DNA of 64,000 nt, taken from Mustelus asterias. Taxonomy: Eukaryota. This document shows positions 60,601 through 64,000 of this stretch, in pieces. A program made the position numbers and the translations under genes. Where the stretch lies: the NCBI RefSeq assembly GCF_964213995.1, contig NC_135808.1, positions 3,534,001 through 3,598,000 of the forward strand, written 5' to 3'. Within the stretch, counting starts at the first letter, position 1; the number at the start of each line of letters is the position of its first letter. The notes below the pieces were generated by a model. That model had not been told where the DNA came from. It worked only from the letters and a program-made list of their open reading frames with translations, and made no database searches.

Positions 60601-61787
60601 GACACTCCAAAAGCTTGTGCTACCAAATAAACCTGTTGGACTTTAACCTGGTGTTGTAAGACTTCTTACTGTGCTTACCCCAGTCCAACACTGGCTTCTC
60701 CTGGCCTCAGAAAGATAAGTAAATACGTTACCTATCAGAATCTCTTCACATCCCTGTCCTTGATATTCTGACTTAATCCAGTTTGACTTTGTGAGTTAAA
60801 ATTACAGTGTGGGTTCAATAACACTATTCACTTATTTAAATAAGTCAATTTTGGGAGTGTGGATTATCTGTGCATTGAGAAGCCTGTGCAGAAGCCAGAT
60901 CAGTGGAATGTCCACTCGACTGATAGAAACTATAGCATAACTCAAACGTTTAACTTTGCTAAAATTAGGCACTCTATTACAATGATTGCTTTGAAATATG
61001 TTGAATGTAATATTATCTAATTCATTGATATTTGCTTTGCAGATGCATTCTTCCCAACTGTCTCAGGCTGGCTGGTGTTTTTATCTGTGATCCTCTGTCT
61101 TCTAATAATAAGTTTTACTGCTGGAATCGTTTGGATTGTGAAAAAATACAGATATATCAAAGGTACGATCTCAGTCTCAGTGACAATGCTGAATACAGAT
61201 CGGAATTTAACATTTGTAAACAGAACCAGTTTTTAATGTTAAATTCAGAAGACCAGTTTGTGTTCCTTCATATCTTTTAATAATTCAACCATTATAGTTT
61301 TGGTCTTGAGTGGAGGGGAAAGGGGCTACTTTAAGCCAATGACATACACAAGTGATCACGCTATTTTAATGCTTTTCTTAAACACAGTAAGAAGTTTAAC
61401 AACACCAGGTTAAAGTCCAACAGGTTTATTTGGTAGCAAAAGCCACGCTTTTGCTACCAAATAAACCTGTTGGACTTTAACCTGGTGTTGTTAAACTTCT
61501 TACTGTGTTTACCCCAGTCCAACGCCGGCATCTCCACATCATGACTACCTTTCTTAAACACCACATGTGCTGTAGCACAGTCTATTATTTAAACACTTAA
61601 GGTATTGAAGTGGACGAATGGTATTCTGGAGAAAATATTAATATAGGTTTTCCTCAAATAAATATTATTTATTCATGTTACTAAGCAAAAGCTTATCTGA
61701 TTAACTAACCATTGTTTGATATTAACGGCGACCTATATTTATCGTATCTTTCAGATCTTGAACATGACAAATCTATCAAACAATTCG
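48622..61787 (+). CDS. Butyrophilin-like (BTN/BTNL, B7-family Ig) gene, 5' part. Coding exons 48622-48679, 54932-55282, 56876-57160, 61043-61162, 61755-61787; continues past the window end
   Basis: All five exons have AG/GT boundaries and join in phase 1 into one open frame: MEGIDLIVLLLFVVPLSING | KFTVNGPSHPVVAIVGKDVLLEC...WFK...YRGRTELFKDELTKGNISLRIKNTRVHDEGKYIC (IgV) | LGHEHWIQIEGYHKNGIQLVCESNGWFPKPELMW...FRCLIQNNLL (IgC) | DAFFPTVSGWLVFLSVILCLLIISFTAGIVWIVKKYRYIK (TM) | DLEHDKSIKQF. Internal exon lengths 351, 285, 120 and 33 are multiples of 3. Confidence 0.93.
49345..51747. mobile_element. Penelope-like element with fold-back structure in the BTN intron
   Basis: RT C-terminus and GIY-YIG on - (49746-50940); inverted arms about 49346-50100 and 50956-51710; TSD cttggtttgatgt (49331-49343 / 51747-51759). 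Confidence 0.93.
51855..52400 (-). mobile_element. CR1 3' end
   Basis: YEERLTRLGLFSLEFRRMRGDLIETYKI. Confidence 0.88.
52958..53640. repeat. Unclassified interspersed repeat (possibly LTR-like), related to 57439-58130
   Basis: Both copies start tgttaaaagc(a/g)aggg..aaaacccagaagggtaacttggaac and stay colinear for about 650 bp. Confidence 0.7.
54932..55282 (+). CDS. BTN-like IgV exon
   Basis: ccacag| acceptor, |gtaagt donor; canonical C...W...DEGxYxC V-set motif. Confidence 0.95.
56876..57160 (+). CDS. BTN-like IgC (CD80-like C2-set) exon
   Basis: tgtag| acceptor, |gtctgt donor; LVCESNGWFPKPELMW motif typical of BTN IgC. Confidence 0.93.
57439..58130. repeat. Second copy of the unclassified repeat
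   Basis: See 52958-53640. Confidence 0.7.
58190..58560 (-). mobile_element. CR1 3' end
   Basis: Similar to the tails at 16947-17340 and 18985-19350. Confidence 0.75.
59076..59375. mobile_element. Fold-back mini Penelope-terminus insertion with a hammerhead motif on each strand
   Basis: Arms about 59109-59238 and 59248-59375; TSD ctgtggaaaatg (59065-59076 / 59371-59382). Confidence 0.9.
59508..60695. mobile_element. Penelope-like fold-back insertion with internal deletions
   Basis: GIY-YIG region on both strands; TSD gcttctcctgg (59497-59507 / 60694-60704). Confidence 0.88.
61043..61162 (+). CDS. BTN-like transmembrane exon
   Basis: ttgcag| acceptor, |gtacga donor; hydrophobic stretch followed by KKYR; not in the ORF track frame. 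Confidence 0.88.
61380..61549. mobile_element. Smallest fold-back Penelope-terminus insertion (about 65-bp arms, 3-nt loop, no hammerhead)
   Basis: ...ggtagcaaaagc-cac-gcttttgctacc...; TSD tttcttaaacac (61374-61385 / 61550-61561). Confidence 0.9.
61755..61787 (+). CDS. BTN-like short cytoplasmic exon (33 nt)
   Basis: ctttcag| acceptor, |gtaagg donor, phase 1-1, open frame DLEHDKSIKQF; short exons after the TM exon are typical of BTN genes. Confidence 0.8.
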
Positions 61788-62169
61788 GTAAGGTTTTAAC
61801 ATTGAAATATCTGCAATACAGCAAAAGATGTTGGGCTTGGGAATTTAGATGTAAAGAGGACACAGCTATACTATTAAATGATGGCTATTAAACTGACTCT
61901 GTAAATATTAGTTTGTACATAATTCATCAAATGATCAGTACCTTTGCATAACTTTCCAGTGTTTGATATAAATATATAACTACAAAAAAGCTTACAAATA
62001 AGTTTTAAACATAGAATAATAACTTCTATTAGCTAACATGTTTCAAAAAATATCTCTCATATTTGAATATTAGCACACACGGTTACAATTATGTACCTTG
62101 TTTCCACTTTCTACTGCTGTACCAGTGGCACAGTTCTAGTTCCCATGTAGCTAATACTTTTAACCATTT

Positions 62170-63850
62170 TACAGTATTTATTGTTGCGAAAAGCATGGAT
62201 GTTAGGGAACTTGGGGAAATAAATAGTGATGACTTGAGGAGTGTACATATTACAGAGGAGGAGGTGCTGGAAGTCTTAAAGTGTATCAAGGTAGATAAAT
62301 CCCCAAGACCTGATGAAGTGTATCCCAGGACACTGTGGGAGGCTAGGAAGGAAACTGTGGGTCCCCTAGCAGAGATAATTGAATCATCGATAGCCACAGG
62401 TGAGGTGCCTGAAGATTGGAGAGTGGCAAATGTTGTGCCTTTGTTTAAAAAGGGCTGCAGGGAAAAGCCTGGGAACAACAGGCCGGTGAGCCTCACATCT
62501 GTGGTGGGTAAGTTGTTGGAAGGTCTTTTGAGAGACAGGATCTACAGACATTTAGAGATGCGAGGACTGATTAGGGACAGTCAGCATGGCTTTGTGAGTG
62601 GAAAATCATGTCTCACAAATTTGATTGAGTTTTTTGAAAGGGTAACCAAGAAGGTAGATAAGGGCAGTGTAGTTGATGTTGTCTACATGGACTTTAGCAA
62701 GGCCTTTGACAAGGTACCGCATGATAGGTTGTTGCATAAAGTTAAATCTCATGAGATCCAGCGTGAGGTATCTAAATGGATACAAAATTGGCTTCGTGAC
62801 AGAAGCCAGAGGGTGGTTGTAGAGGGTTGTTTTTCAAACTGGAGGCCTGTGACCAGTGTGTGCCTCAGGGATCAGTGCTGAGTCCACTGTTATGTGTCAT
62901 TTTATATCAATGATTTGGATGAGAATATAGGAGGCATAGTTAGTAAGTTTGTCGATGACACCAAGATTCGTGGCACAGTGGACAGTGAAGAAAGTTATCT
63001 CGGATTGCAACGGGATCTTGATCAATTGGGCCAGTGGGCTGACGAATGGCAGATGGAGTTTAATTTAGATAAATGCGTGGTGATGCATTTTGGTAGATTG
63101 AACCAGGGCAGGACTTACTCAGTTAATGTTAGGGCGTTGGGGAGATCTAGGGGTACAGGTTCATAGCTCCTTGAAAGTGGAGTCACCGGTGGAGAGAGTG
63201 GTGAAGAAGGCATTCGGCATGCTTGGTTTCATTGGTCAGAACATTGACTACAGGAGTTGGGACGTCTTGTTGAAGTTGTGCAAGACATTGGTAAGACCAC
63301 CCTTGGAATACTGTGTACAGTTCTGGTGACATTATTATAGAAAGGATATTATTAAACTAGAAAGAGTGCAGAAAAGATTTACTAGAATGCTACCGGGACT
63401 TGATGGTTTGAGTTATAAAGAGAGGCTGGATAGACTGGGACTTTTTTCTCTGGAGCGTAGGAGGCTGAGGGGTGATCTTATAGAGGTCCATAAAATAATG
63501 AGGGGCATAGATCAGCTAGATAGTCAATATCTTTTCCCAAAGGTAGGGGAGTCTAAAACTAGAGGGCATAGGTTTAAGGTGAGAGGGGAGAGATACAAAA
63601 GTGTCCAGAGGGGCAATTTTTTCACAGAGGGTGGTGAGTGTCTCGAACAAACTGCCAGAGGTAAAAGTTGAGGTTGCTTCAATTTTGTCTTTTAAAAAGC
63701 ATTTAGACAGTTACATGGGTACGATGGGTATAGAGGGATATGGGCCAAATGCGGGCAATTGGGACTAGCTTCGGGGTTTCAAAAAAAAAGGGCAGCATGG
63801 ACAACTTGGGCCGAAGGGCCTGTTTCCATGCTGTAAACCTCTATGACTTT
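62170..63850 (+). mobile_element. CR1 (HER1-like), 5'-truncated and frameshifted
   Basis: RT motifs across ORFs 62063-63671; tail ctctatgact. Confidence 0.92.
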
Positions 63851-64000
63851 AATTTACATTGATATAATTTGTCCAGCACAATGATACATTACCAATCGCA
63901 TCCACTAAAAATTATATTGATTAGCAGTTCATGTAAAGGCAGCAGGGAGAAGAGAATGTTATGTATCAAGTCAAGTCAAGGATAAGGCTTGTCCACAGTG

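Overview
Eukaryotic, repeat-saturated vertebrate DNA, most likely from a cartilaginous fish (inferred from HE1-like V-SINEs, CR1 dominance and the butyrophilin/B30.2 sequence style). The only intact host gene I can support is a + strand butyrophilin-like gene: signal-peptide exon 48622-48679, IgV 54932-55282, IgC 56876-57160, TM 61043-61162 and a 33-nt cytoplasmic exon 61755-61787, continuing beyond the window. It has a candidate IRF/ISRE promoter near 46150. Upstream lie a disrupted B30.2/PRY-SPRY exon, a duplicated B30.2 fragment and an orphan CpG-island promoter containing a VNTR. The remainder is nested mobile DNA: CR1, CR1/L2-like and Rex1/Babar-like LINEs, a decayed Harbinger transposon, Mag-like Gypsy LTR material, an ERV-like solo LTR and many Penelope-like elements. 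Most notable: (1) two diverged copies of a U2 snRNA-headed SINE-like element with a doubled U2 head, an A-tail, a 16-17 bp TSD in one copy and a conserved, covarying hairpin body; (2) about 12 minimal type I hammerhead ribozyme motifs in Penelope ends, including 170-300 bp fold-back mini-insertions with 11-13 bp TSDs, two of which carry a hammerhead on each strand; (3) a diverged hairpin made from the 5' end of a Harbinger Myb/SANT ORF inside the element; (4) a Gypsy LTR lying between an integrase end/PPT and gag, with no tRNA PBS. All calls are by eye; no searches or folding programs were run.
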